From: the human T2T-CHM13v2.0 reference genome, Homo sapiens
Length of the DNA stretch: 64,000 nt
Strand: one strand, 5' to 3'
Assembly (NCBI RefSeq): GCF_009914755.1
Contig: NC_060936.1
Shown here: positions 53,802-64,000 of the stretch, piece by piece
Numbering within the stretch: position 1 is the stretch's first letter
Layout of the letters: the number at the start of each line of letters is the position of its first letter
Notes under the pieces: model-generated
Told to the model about the DNA's origin: nothing
Seen by the model: the letters and a program-made list of their open reading frames with translations, nothing else
The model's database searches: none
Position numbers and translations under genes: made by a program

Positions 53802-56800
53802 TCCCGTTTCCAACGAAGGCCTCAAAGAGGTCCAAATATCCACTTGCAGACATTACAAACAGAGTGTTTCCAAACTGCTCCATCAAAAGAAAGGTTAAAC
53901 TCTGTGAGCTGAACACACACATCAAAAAGAAGTTTCTGTGAATGATTCTGTCTAGATTTTATAAGAACATATTTCCTTTTCTACCGTAGGCCACAAAGCG
54001 CTTGAAATCTCCAGCTGCAAATTCCACAAAAAGGGTGTTTAACATCTGCTCTTCTAAAGGAAAGTTCAACTCTATGAGTTGAATACACACAGCACAAAGA
54101 AGTTACTGAGACTTCTCCTATCAAACATTATATGAAGAAATCCCGTTTCCAACGAAGGCCTCAAAGAGGACCAAATATCCACTTGCAGACATTACAAACA
54201 GAGTGTTTCCAAACTGTTCCATCAAAAGAAAGATTAAACTCTGTGAGCTGAACACACACATGAAAAAGTAGTTTCTGTGAATGATTCTGTCTAGATTTTA
54301 TACGAAGATGTTTCCTTTTCTACCTTTGGTCTCAATGCGATTGAAATCTCCACATGGAAACTCCACAAAAAGTGTGTTTCAAATCTGCTCTTTCTGAAGG
54401 AAGGTTCAACTCTGTGAGTTGAATAAACACACCACAAATAAGTTACTGAGAATTCTTCTGTGTAACATTATATGAGGAAATCCCGTTTCCAACGAAGGCC
54501 TCAAAGAGGTCCAAATATCCACTTGCAGACTTTACAAAGACAGTGTCTCCAAACTCCTCCATCAAAAGAAAGGTTATACTCTGTGAATTGAACGCACACA
54601 TCACAAAGTAGTTTCTGAGAATGATTCTGTCTAGTTTTTATACGAAGATATTTCCTTTTCTACATTTGGCCTAAAAGCGCTTGAAATCTCCACCTGCAAA
54701 TATCACAAAAAGAGGGTTTCACATCTGCTCTGTCTAAAGGACAGTTCACCTCTGTGAGTTGAATAGAGGCAACACAAAGAACTTACTCAGTATTCTTCTT
54801 TCTAGCGTTCTATGAAGAAATCCCGTTTCCAACGAAGGCCCCAAAGAGGTCCAAATATCTGCTTGCACACTTTACAGACAGAGTGTTTCCAAACTACTCT
54901 ATGAAAAGAAAGCTTAAACTCCTTGAGTTGAACGCACACATCACAAAGTAGTTTCTGAGAATGATTCTGTCCAGTTTTTATACGAAGATGTTTCCTTTTC
55001 TACATTTGGTCTCAAAGCGATTGAAATCTCCAACTGGAAACTGCACAAATACGGTGTTTCAAATCTGCTCTGTCTAAAGGAAGGTTCAACTCTGTGAGTT
55101 GAATACACACACCACAAATAAGTTACTGAGAATTCTTCTGTCGAACATTACTTGAAGAAATCCCGTTTCCAACGAAGGCCTCAAAGAGGTCCAAATATTC
55201 ACTTGCAGATATTACAAACAGAGTGTTTCCAAACTGCTCCATCAAAAGAAAGGTTAAACTCTGTGAGCTGAACACACACATCAAAAACAAGTTTCTGTGA
55301 ATGATTCTGTCTAGATTTTATAAGAAGATGTTTCCTTTTCTACCGTAGGACTCAAAGCGCTTGAAATCTCCAGCTGCAAATTCCACAAAAAGGGTGTTTA
55401 ACATCTGCTCTTCTAAAAGAAAGTTCAACTCTATGAGTTGAATACACACAGCACAAAGAAGTTACTGAGACTTCTCCTATCAAACATTATATGAAGAAAT
55501 CCCGTTTCCAACGAAGGCCTCAAAGAGGTCCAAATATCTGCTTGCAGACTTTAAAGACAGAGTTTTTCCAAACTGCTCCATCAAAAGAAAGGTTAAACTC
55601 CTTGAGTTGAACACACACATCACAAAGTAGTTTCTGTGAATGATTCTGTCTAGTTTTTATACGAAGATGTTTCCTTTTCTAGCTTTGGTCTCAAAGCGAT
55701 TGAAATCTCCACATGGAAACTCCACAAAAAGAGTGTTTCAAATCTGCTGTTTCTGAAGGAAGGTTCAACTCTGTGAGTTGAATACACGCACCACAAATAA
55801 GTTACTGGGAATTCTTCTGTGTAAAATTATATGAGGAAATCCCGTTTCCAACGAAGGCCTCAAAGAGGTCCAAATATCCACTTGCAGACTTTACAAAGAC
55901 AGTGTCTCCAAACTCCTCCATCAAAAGAAAGGTTATACTCTGTGAATTGAACGCACACATCACAAAGTAGTTTCTGAGAATGATTCTGTCTAGTTTTTAT
56001 ACGAAGATATTTCCTTTTCTACATTTGGCCTAAAAGCGCTTGAAATCTCCACCTGCAAATATCACAAAAAGAGGGTTTCACATCTGCTCTGTCTAAAGGA
56101 CAGTTCACCTCTGTGAGTTGAATAGAGGCAACACAAAGAACTTACTGAGTATTCTTCTTTCTAGCGTTCTATGAAGAAATCCCGTTTCCAACGAAGGCCC
56201 CAATGAGGTCCAAATATCTGCTTGCAGACTTTACAGACAGAGTGTTTCCAAACTACTCTATGAAAAGAAAGCTTAAACTCCTTGAGTTGAAGGCACACAT
56301 CACAAAGTAGTTTCTGAGAATGATTCTGTCTAGTTTTTATACGAAGATGTTTCCTTTTCTACATTTGGTCTCAAAGCGATTGAAATCTCCAACTGGAAAC
56401 TGCACAAATAGGGTGTTTCAAATCTGCTCTGTCTAAAGGAAGGTTCAACTCTGTGAGTTGAATACACACACCACAAATAAGTTACTGAGAATTCTTCTGT
56501 CGAACATTACTTGAAGAAATCCCTTTTCCAACGAAGGCCTCAAAGAGGTCCAAATATCCACTTGCAGACATTACAAACAGAGTGTTTCCAAACTGCTCCA
56601 TCAAAAGAAAGGTTAAACTCTGTGAGCTGAACACACACATCAAAAAGAAGTTTCTGTGAATGATTCTGTCTAGATTTTATAAGAAGATGTTTCCTTTTCT
56701 ACCGTAGGCCTCAAAGCGCTTGAAATCTCCAGCTGCAAATTCCACAAAAAGGGTGTTTAACATCTGCTCTTCTAAAGGAAAGTTCAACTCAATGAGTTGA

Positions 56801-58557
56801 ATACACAGAGCAGAAAGAAGTTACTGAGACTTCTCCTATCAAACATTATATGAAGAAATCCCGTTTCCAACGAAGGCCTCAAAGAGGTCCAAATATCTGC
56901 TTGCAGACTTTACAAAGACAGTGTCTCCAAACTCCTCCATCAAAAGAAAGGTTAAACTCCTTGAGTTGAACACACACATCACAAAGTAGTTTCTGTGAAT
57001 GATTCTGTCTAGTTTTTATACGAAGATGTTTCCTTTTCTACCTTTGGTCTCAAAGCGATTGAAATCTCCACATGGAAACTCCACAAAAAGAGTGTTTCAA
57101 ATCTGCTCTTTCTGAAGGAAGGTTCAACTCTGTGAGTTGAATACACACACCACAAATAAGTTACTGAGAATTCTTCTGTGTAACATTATATGAGGAAATC
57201 CCGTTTCCAACGAAGGCCTCAAAGAGGTCCAAATATCCACTTGCAGACTTTAAAAAGACAGTGTCTCGAAACTCCTCCATCAAAAGAAAGGTTATACTCT
57301 GTGAATTGAACGCACACATCACAAAGTAGTTTCTGAGAATGATTCTGTCTAGTTTTTATACGAAGATATTTCCTTTTCTACATTTGGCCTCAAAGCGCTT
57401 GAAATCTCCACCTGCAAATATCACAAAAAGAGGGTTTCACATCTGCTCTGTCTAAAGGACAGTTCACTTTTGTGAGTTGAATAGAGGCAACACAAAGAAC
57501 TTACTCAGTATTCTTCTTTCTAGCATTCTATGAAGAAATCCCGTTTCCAACGAAGGCCACAAAGAGGTCCAAATATCTGCTTGCAGACTTTACAGACAGA
57601 GTGTTTCCAAACTACTCTATGAAAAGAAAGCTTAAACTCCTTGAGTTGAACGCACACATCACAAAGTAGTTTCTGAGAATGATTCTGTCTAGTTTTTATA
57701 CGAAGATGTTTCCTTTTCTACATTTGGTCTCAAAGCGATTGAAATCTCCAACTGGAAACTGCACAAATAGGGTGTTTCAAATCTGCTCTGTGTAAAGGAA
57801 GGTTCAACTCTGTGAGTTGAATACACACACCACAAATAAGTTACTGAGAATTCTTCTGTCGAACATTACTTGAAGAAATCCCGTTTCCAACGAAGGCCTC
57901 AAAGAGGTCCAAATATCCACTTGCAGACATTACAAACAGAGTGTTTCCAAACTGCTCCATCAAAAGAAAGGTTAAACTCTGTGAGCTGAACACACACATC
58001 AAAAAGAAGTTTCTGTGAATGATTCTGTCTAGATTTTATAAGAAGATGTTTCCTGTTCTACCGTAGGCCTCAAAGCGCTTGAAATCTCCAGCTGCAAATT
58101 CCACAAAAAGGGTGTTTAACATCTGCTCTTCTAAAGGAAAGTTCAACTCTATGCGTTGAATACACACAGCACAAAGAAGTTACTGAGACTTCTCCTATCA
58201 AACATTATATGAGGAAATCCCGTTTCCAACGAAGGCCTCAAAGAGGTCCAAATATCTGCTTGCAGACTTTACAGACAGAGTTTTTCCAAACTGCTCCATC
58301 AAAAGAAAGGTTAAACTCCTTGAGTTGAACACACACATCACAAAGTAGTTTCTGTGAATGATTCTGTCTAGTTTCTATACGAAGATGTTTCCTTTTCTAC
58401 CTTTGGTCTCAAAGCGATTGAAATCTCCACATGGAAACTCCACAAAAAGAGTGTTTCAAATGTGCTCTTTCTGAAGGAAGGTTCAACTCTGTGAGTTGAA
58501 TACACACACCACAAATAAGTTACTGAGAATTCTTCTGTGTAACATTATATGAGGAAA

Positions 58558-61500
58558 TCCCGTTTCCAACGAAGGCCTCAAAGAGGTCCAAATATCCACT
58601 TGCAGACTTTACAAAGACAGTGTCTCCAAACTCCTCCATCAAAAGAAAGGTTATACTCTGTGAATTGAACGCACACATCACAAAGTAGTTTCTGAGAATG
58701 ATTCTGTCTAGTTTTTATACGAAGATATTTCCTTTTCTACATTTGGCCTAAAAGCGCTTGAAATCTCCACCTGCAAATATCACAAAAAGAGGGTTTCACA
58801 TCTGCTCTGTCTAAAGGACAGTTCACCTCTGTGAGTTGAGTAGAGGCAACACAAAGAACTTACTCAGTATTCTTCTTTCCAGCGTTCTATGAAGAAATCA
58901 CGTTTCCAACGAAGGCCCCAGTGAGGTCCAAATATCTGCTTGCAGACTTTACAGACAGAGTGTTTCCAAACTACTCTATGAAAAGAAAGCTTAAACTTCT
59001 TGAGTTGAACGCACACATCACAAAGTAGTTTCTGAGAATGATTCTGTCTAGTTTTTATACGAAGATGTTTCCTTTTCTACATTTGGTCTCAAAGCGATTG
59101 AAATCTCCAACTGGAAACTGCACAAATAGGGTGTTTCAAATCTGCTCTGTCTAAAGGAAGGTTCAACTCTTTGAGTTGAATACACACACCACAAATAAGT
59201 TACTGAGAATTCTTCTGTCGAACATTACTTGAAGAAATCCCGTTTCCAACGAAGGCCTCAAAGAGGTCCAAATATCCACTTGCAGACATTACAAACAGAG
59301 TGTTTCCAAACTGCTCCATCAAAAGAAAGGTTAAACTCTGTGAGCTGAACACACACATCAAAAAGAAGTTTCTGTAAATGATTCTGTCTAGATTTTATAA
59401 GAAGATGTTTCCTTTTCTACCGTAGGCCTCAAAGTGCTTGAAATCTCCAGCTGCAAATTCCACAAAAAGGGTGTTTAACATCTGCTCTTCTAAAGGAAAG
59501 TTCAACTCAATGAGTTGAATACACACAGCCCAAAGAAGTTACTGAGACTTCTCCTATCAAACATTATATGAAGAAATCCCGTTTCCAACGAAGGCCTCAA
59601 AGAGGTCCAAATATCTGCTTGCAGACTTTACAAAGACAGTGTCTCCAAACTCCTCCATCAAAAGAAAGGTTATACTCTGTGAATTGAACGCACACATCAC
59701 AAAGTAGTTTCTGAGAATGATTCTGTCTAGTTTTTATACGAAGATATTTCCTTTTCTACATTTGGCCTAAAAGCGCTTGAAGTCTCCACCTGCAAATATC
59801 ACAAAAAGAGGGTTTCACATCTGCTCTGTCTAAAGGACAGTTCACCTTTGTGAGTTGAATAGAGGCAACACAAAGAACTTACTCAGTATTCTTCTTTCTA
59901 GCGTTCTATGAAGAAATCCCGTTTCCAACGAAGGCCCCAAAGTGGTCCAAATATCTGCTTGCAGACTTTACAGACAGAGTGTTTCCAAACTACTCTATGA
60001 AAAGAAAGCTTAAACTCCTTGAGTTGAACGCACACATCACAAAGTAGTTTCTGAGAATGATTCTGTCTAGTTTTTATACGAAGATGTTTCCTTTTCTACA
60101 TTTGGTCTCAAAGCGATTGAAATCTCCAACTGGAAACTGCACAAATAGGGTGTTTCAAATCTGCTCTGTCTAAAGGAAGGTTCAACTCTGTGAGTTGAAT
60201 ACACACACCACAAATAAGTTACTGAGAATTCTTCTGTCGAACATTACTTGAAGAAATCCCGTTTCCAACGAAGGCCTCAAAGAGGTCCAAATATCCACTT
60301 GCAGACATTACAAACAGAGTGTTTCCAAACTGCTCCATCAAAAGAAAGGTTAAACTCTGTGAGCTGAACACACACATCAAAAAGAAGTTTCTGTGAATGA
60401 TTCTGTCAAGATTTTATAAGATGTTTCCATTTCTACCGTAGGACTCAAAGCGCTTGAAATCTCCAGCTGCAAATTCCACAAAAAGGGTGTTTAACATCTG
60501 CTCTTCTAAAGGAAAGTTCAACTCTATGAGTTGAATACACACAGCACAAAGAAGTTACTGAGACTTCTCCTATCAAACATTATATGAAGAAATCCCGTTT
60601 CCAACGAAGGCCTCAAAGAGGTCCAAATATCTGCTTGCAGACTTTAAAGACAGAGTTTTTCCAAACTGCTCCATCAAAAGAAAGGTTAAACTCCTTGAGT
60701 TGAACACACACATCACAAAGTAGTTTCTGTGAATGATTCTGTCTAGTTTTTATACGAAGATGTTTCCTTTTCTACCTTTGGTCTCAAAGCGATTGAAATC
60801 TCCACATGGAAACTCCACAAAAAGAGTGTTTCAAATCTGCTCTTTCTGAAGGAAGGTTCAACTCTGTGAGTTGAATACACACACCACAAATAAGTTACTG
60901 AGAATTCTTCTGTGTAACATTATATGAGGAAATCCCGTTTCCAACGAAGGCCTCAAAGAGGTCCAAATATCCACTTGCAGACTTTACAAAGACAGTGTCT
61001 CCAAACTCCTCCATCAAAAGAAAGGTTATACTCTGTGAATTGAACGCACACATCACAAAGTAGTTTCTGAGAATGATTCTGTCTAGTTTTTATACGAAGA
61101 TATTTCCTTTTCTACATTTGGCCTAAAAGCGCTTGAAATCTCCACCTGCAAATATCACAAAAAGAGGGTTTCACATCTGCTCTGTCTAAAGGACAGTTCA
61201 CCTCTGTGAGTTGAGTAGAGGCAACACAAAGAACTTACTCAGTATTCTTCTTTCTAGCGTTCTATGAAGAAATCACGTTTCCAACGAAGGCCCCAAAGAG
61301 GTCCAAATATCTGCTTGCAGACTTTACAGACAGAGTGTTTCCAAACTACTCTATGAAAAGAAAGCTTAAACTTCTTGAGTTGAACGCACACATCACAAAG
61401 TAGTTTCTGAGAATGATTCTGTCTAGTTTTTATACGAAGATGTTTCCTTTTCTACATTTGGTCTCAAAGCGATTGAAATCTCCAACTGGAAACTGCACAA

Positions 61501-63310
61501 ATAGGGTGTTTCAAATCTGCTCTGTCTAAAGGAAGGTTCAACTCTTTGAGTTGAATACACACACCACAAATAAGTTACTGAGAATTCTTCTGTCGAACAT
61601 TACTTGAAGAAATCCCGTTTCCAACGAAGGCCTCAAAGAGGTCCAAATATCCACTTGCAGACATTACAAACAGAGTGTTTCCAAACTGCTCCATCAAAAC
61701 AAAGGTTAAACTCTGTGAGCTGAACACACACATCAAAAAGAAGTTTCTGTGAATGATTCTGTCTAGATTTTATAAGAAGATGTTTCCTTTTCTACCGTAG
61801 GCCTCAAAGTGCTTGAAATCTCCAGCTGCAAATTCCACAAAAAGGGTGTTTAACATCTGCTCTTCTAAAGGAAAGTTCAACTCAATGAGTTGAATACACA
61901 CAGCCCAAAGAAGTTACTGAGACTTCTCCTATCAAACATTATATGAAGAAATCCCGTTTCCAACGAAGGCCTCAAAGAGGTCCAAATATCTGCTTGCAGA
62001 CTTTACAAAGACAGTGTCTCCAAACTCCTCCATCAAAAGAAAGGTTATACTCTGTGAATTGAACGCACACATCACAAAGTAGTTTCTGAGAATGATTCTG
62101 TCTAGTTTTTATACGAAGATATTTCCTTTTCTACATTTGGCCTAAAAGCGCTTGAAGTCTCCACCTGCAAATATCACAAAAAGAGGGTTTCACATCTGCT
62201 CTGTCTAAAGGACAGTTCACCTTTGTGAGTTGAATAGAGGCAACACAAAGAACTTACTCAGTATTCTTCTTTCTAGCGTTCTATGAAGAAATCCCGTTTC
62301 CAACGAAGGCCCCAAAGAGGTCCAAATATCTGCTTGCAGACTTTACAGACAGAGTGTTTCCAAACTACTCTATGAAAAGAAAGCTTAAACTCCTTGAGTT
62401 GAACGCACACATCACAAAGTAGTTTCTGAGAATGATTCTGTCTAGTTTTTATACGAAGATGTTTCCTTTTCTACATTTGGTCTCAAAGCGATTGAAATCT
62501 CCAACTGGAAACTGCACAAATAGGGTGTTTCAAATCTGCTCTGTCTAAAGGAAGGTTCAACTCTGTGTGTTGAATACACACACCACAAATAAGTTACTGA
62601 GAATTCTTCTGTCGAACATTACTTGAAGAAATCCCGTTTCCAACGAAGGCCTCAAAGAGGTCCAAATATCCACTTGCAGACATTACAAACAGAGTGTTTC
62701 CAAACTGCTCCATCAAAAGAAAGGTTAAACTCTGTGAGCTGAACACACACATCAAAAAGAAGTTTCTGTGAATGATTCTGTCTAGATTTTATAAGAACAT
62801 ATTTCCTTTTCTACCGTAGGCCACAAAGCGCTTGAAATCTCCAGCTGCAAATTCCACAAAAATGGTGTTTAACATCTGCTCTTCTAAAGGAAAGTTCAAC
62901 TCTATGAGTTGAATACACACAGCACAAAGAAGTTACTGAGACTTCTCCTATCAAACATTATATGAAGAAATCCCGTTTCCAACGAAGGCCTCAAAGAGGT
63001 CCAAATATCTGCTTGCAGACTTTAAAGACAGAGTTTTTCCAAACTGCTCCATCAAAAGAAAGGTTAAACTCCTTGAGTTGAACACACACATCACAAAGTA
63101 GTTTCTGTGAATGATTCTGTCTAGTTTTTATACGAAGATGTTTCCTTTTCTACCTTTGGTCTCAAAGCGATTGAAATCTCCACATGGAAACTCCACAAAA
63201 AGAGTGTTTCAAATCTGCTCTTTCTGAAGGAAGGTTCAACTCTGTGAGTTGAATACACACACCACAAATAAGTTACTGAGAATTCTTCTGTGTAACATTA
63301 TATGAGGAAA
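58558..63310 (-). repeat. Two adjacent 14-monomer units (6-mer + 8-mer, ~2375 bp)
   Basis: Order A-B-C-A-B-C-D from boxes 58558 and 60933. Both carry gagtagagg, tcacgtttcc, aaacttcttgag, caaagtgcttg and gaagtctcc. Confidence 0.8.
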
Positions 63311-64000
63311 TCCCGTTTCCAACGAAGGCCTCAAAGAGGTCCAAATATCCACTTGCAGACTTTACAAAGACAGTGTCTCCAAACTCCTCCATCAAAAGAA
63401 AGGTTATACTCTGTGAATTGAACGCACACATCACAAAGTAGTTTCTGAGAATGATTCTGTCTAGTTTTTATACGAAGATATTTCCTTTTCTACATTTGGC
63501 CTAAAAGCGCTTGAAATCTCCACGTGCAAATATCACAAAAAGAGGGTTTCACACCTGCTCTGTCTAAAGGACAGTTCACCTCTGTGAGTTGAATAGAGGC
63601 AACACAAAGAACTTACTCAGTATTCTTCTTTCTTGCATTCTATGAAGAAATCCCGTTTCCAACGAAGGCCCCAAAGAGGTCCAAATATCTGCTTGCACAC
63701 TTTACAGACAGAGTGTTTCCAAACTACTCTATGAAAAGAAAGCTTAAACTCCTTGAGTTGAACGCACACATCACAAAGTAGTTTCTGAGAATGATTCTGT
63801 CCAGTTTTTATACGAAGATGTTTCCTTTTCTACATTTGGTCTCAAAGCGATTGAAATCTCCAACTGGAAACTGCACAAATACGGTGTTTCAAATCTGCTC
63901 TGTCTAAAGGAAGGTTCAACTCTGTGAGTTGAATACACACACCACAAATAAGTTACTGAGAATTCTTCTGTCGAACATTACTTGAAGAAATCCCGTTTCC

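Larger units (their letters stand above)
1..64000 (-). repeat. Centromeric alpha-satellite HOR array, SF1 (J1/J2 dimer) type, probably human chr12 D12Z3
   Basis: Continuous ~170-bp monomer and ~340-bp dimer periodicity from end to end. The minus strand reads typical alphoid sequence (CATTCTCAGAAACTACTTTGTGATGTGTGCGTTCAACTC...CTTCGTTGGAAACGGGATTTCTTC). CENP-B boxes recur every ~340 bp. Alphoid identity is certain. The chr12 assignment (~0.85) rests on the 1359-bp 8-mer with a single HindIII (591) and single PvuII (1052) site, EcoRI sites 680 bp apart (131, 811), and no regular RsaI site (D10Z1 is recalled as RsaI-defined). Confidence 0.99.

Noticed and set aside
162-64000. Regularly spaced conserved ~40-bp motif resembling a CRISPR repeat
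   Set aside because: The intervening ~300-bp segments are themselves repeats rather than unique spacers, the motif is the CENP-B box tract, and there are no cas genes.
1-64000. Transposon insertions (L1/Alu), inversions or non-alphoid islands
   Set aside because: None seen. Dimer spacing stays at ~336-340 bp and orientation is constant throughout.
1-64000. Assignment to other 8-mer arrays (D10Z1, D18Z1, D14/22)
   Set aside because: The monomers resemble SF1 dimers rather than SF2, and the single HindIII/PvuII pattern without regular RsaI sites favours D12Z3. An alignment to T2T-CHM13 would be needed to confirm.

Overview
The whole 64 kb window is primate (almost certainly human) centromeric alpha satellite. 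It is an uninterrupted, single-orientation tandem array of ~170-bp monomers paired into ~340-bp dimers, with a CENP-B box in every second monomer (SF1-type dimeric organisation). The canonical higher-order repeat (HOR) is an 8-mer of 1359 bp, made of four dimers labelled A, B, C and D between successive CENP-B boxes. Each HOR has two EcoRI sites, one HindIII site and one PvuII site, which best fits the chromosome 12 active array D12Z3 (from recall, not a database search). I found no genes, RNA genes, transposons, CRISPR arrays or inversions, and the six ORFs are chance satellite reading frames. I did not find a novel gene system. The real structure is the array's recombination history, read by eye from private variants: 4-, 6- and 10-mer HOR variants, chimeric dimers, multi-kb duplications (offsets 9172, 16644, 8827, ~24436, 33264 and 8830 bp), tandem super-HORs of 3734 and 3391 bp, a haplotype shift near 29-33 kb, and an amplified CENP-B-box-disrupting variant. 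All coordinates and counts are manual and may be slightly off.
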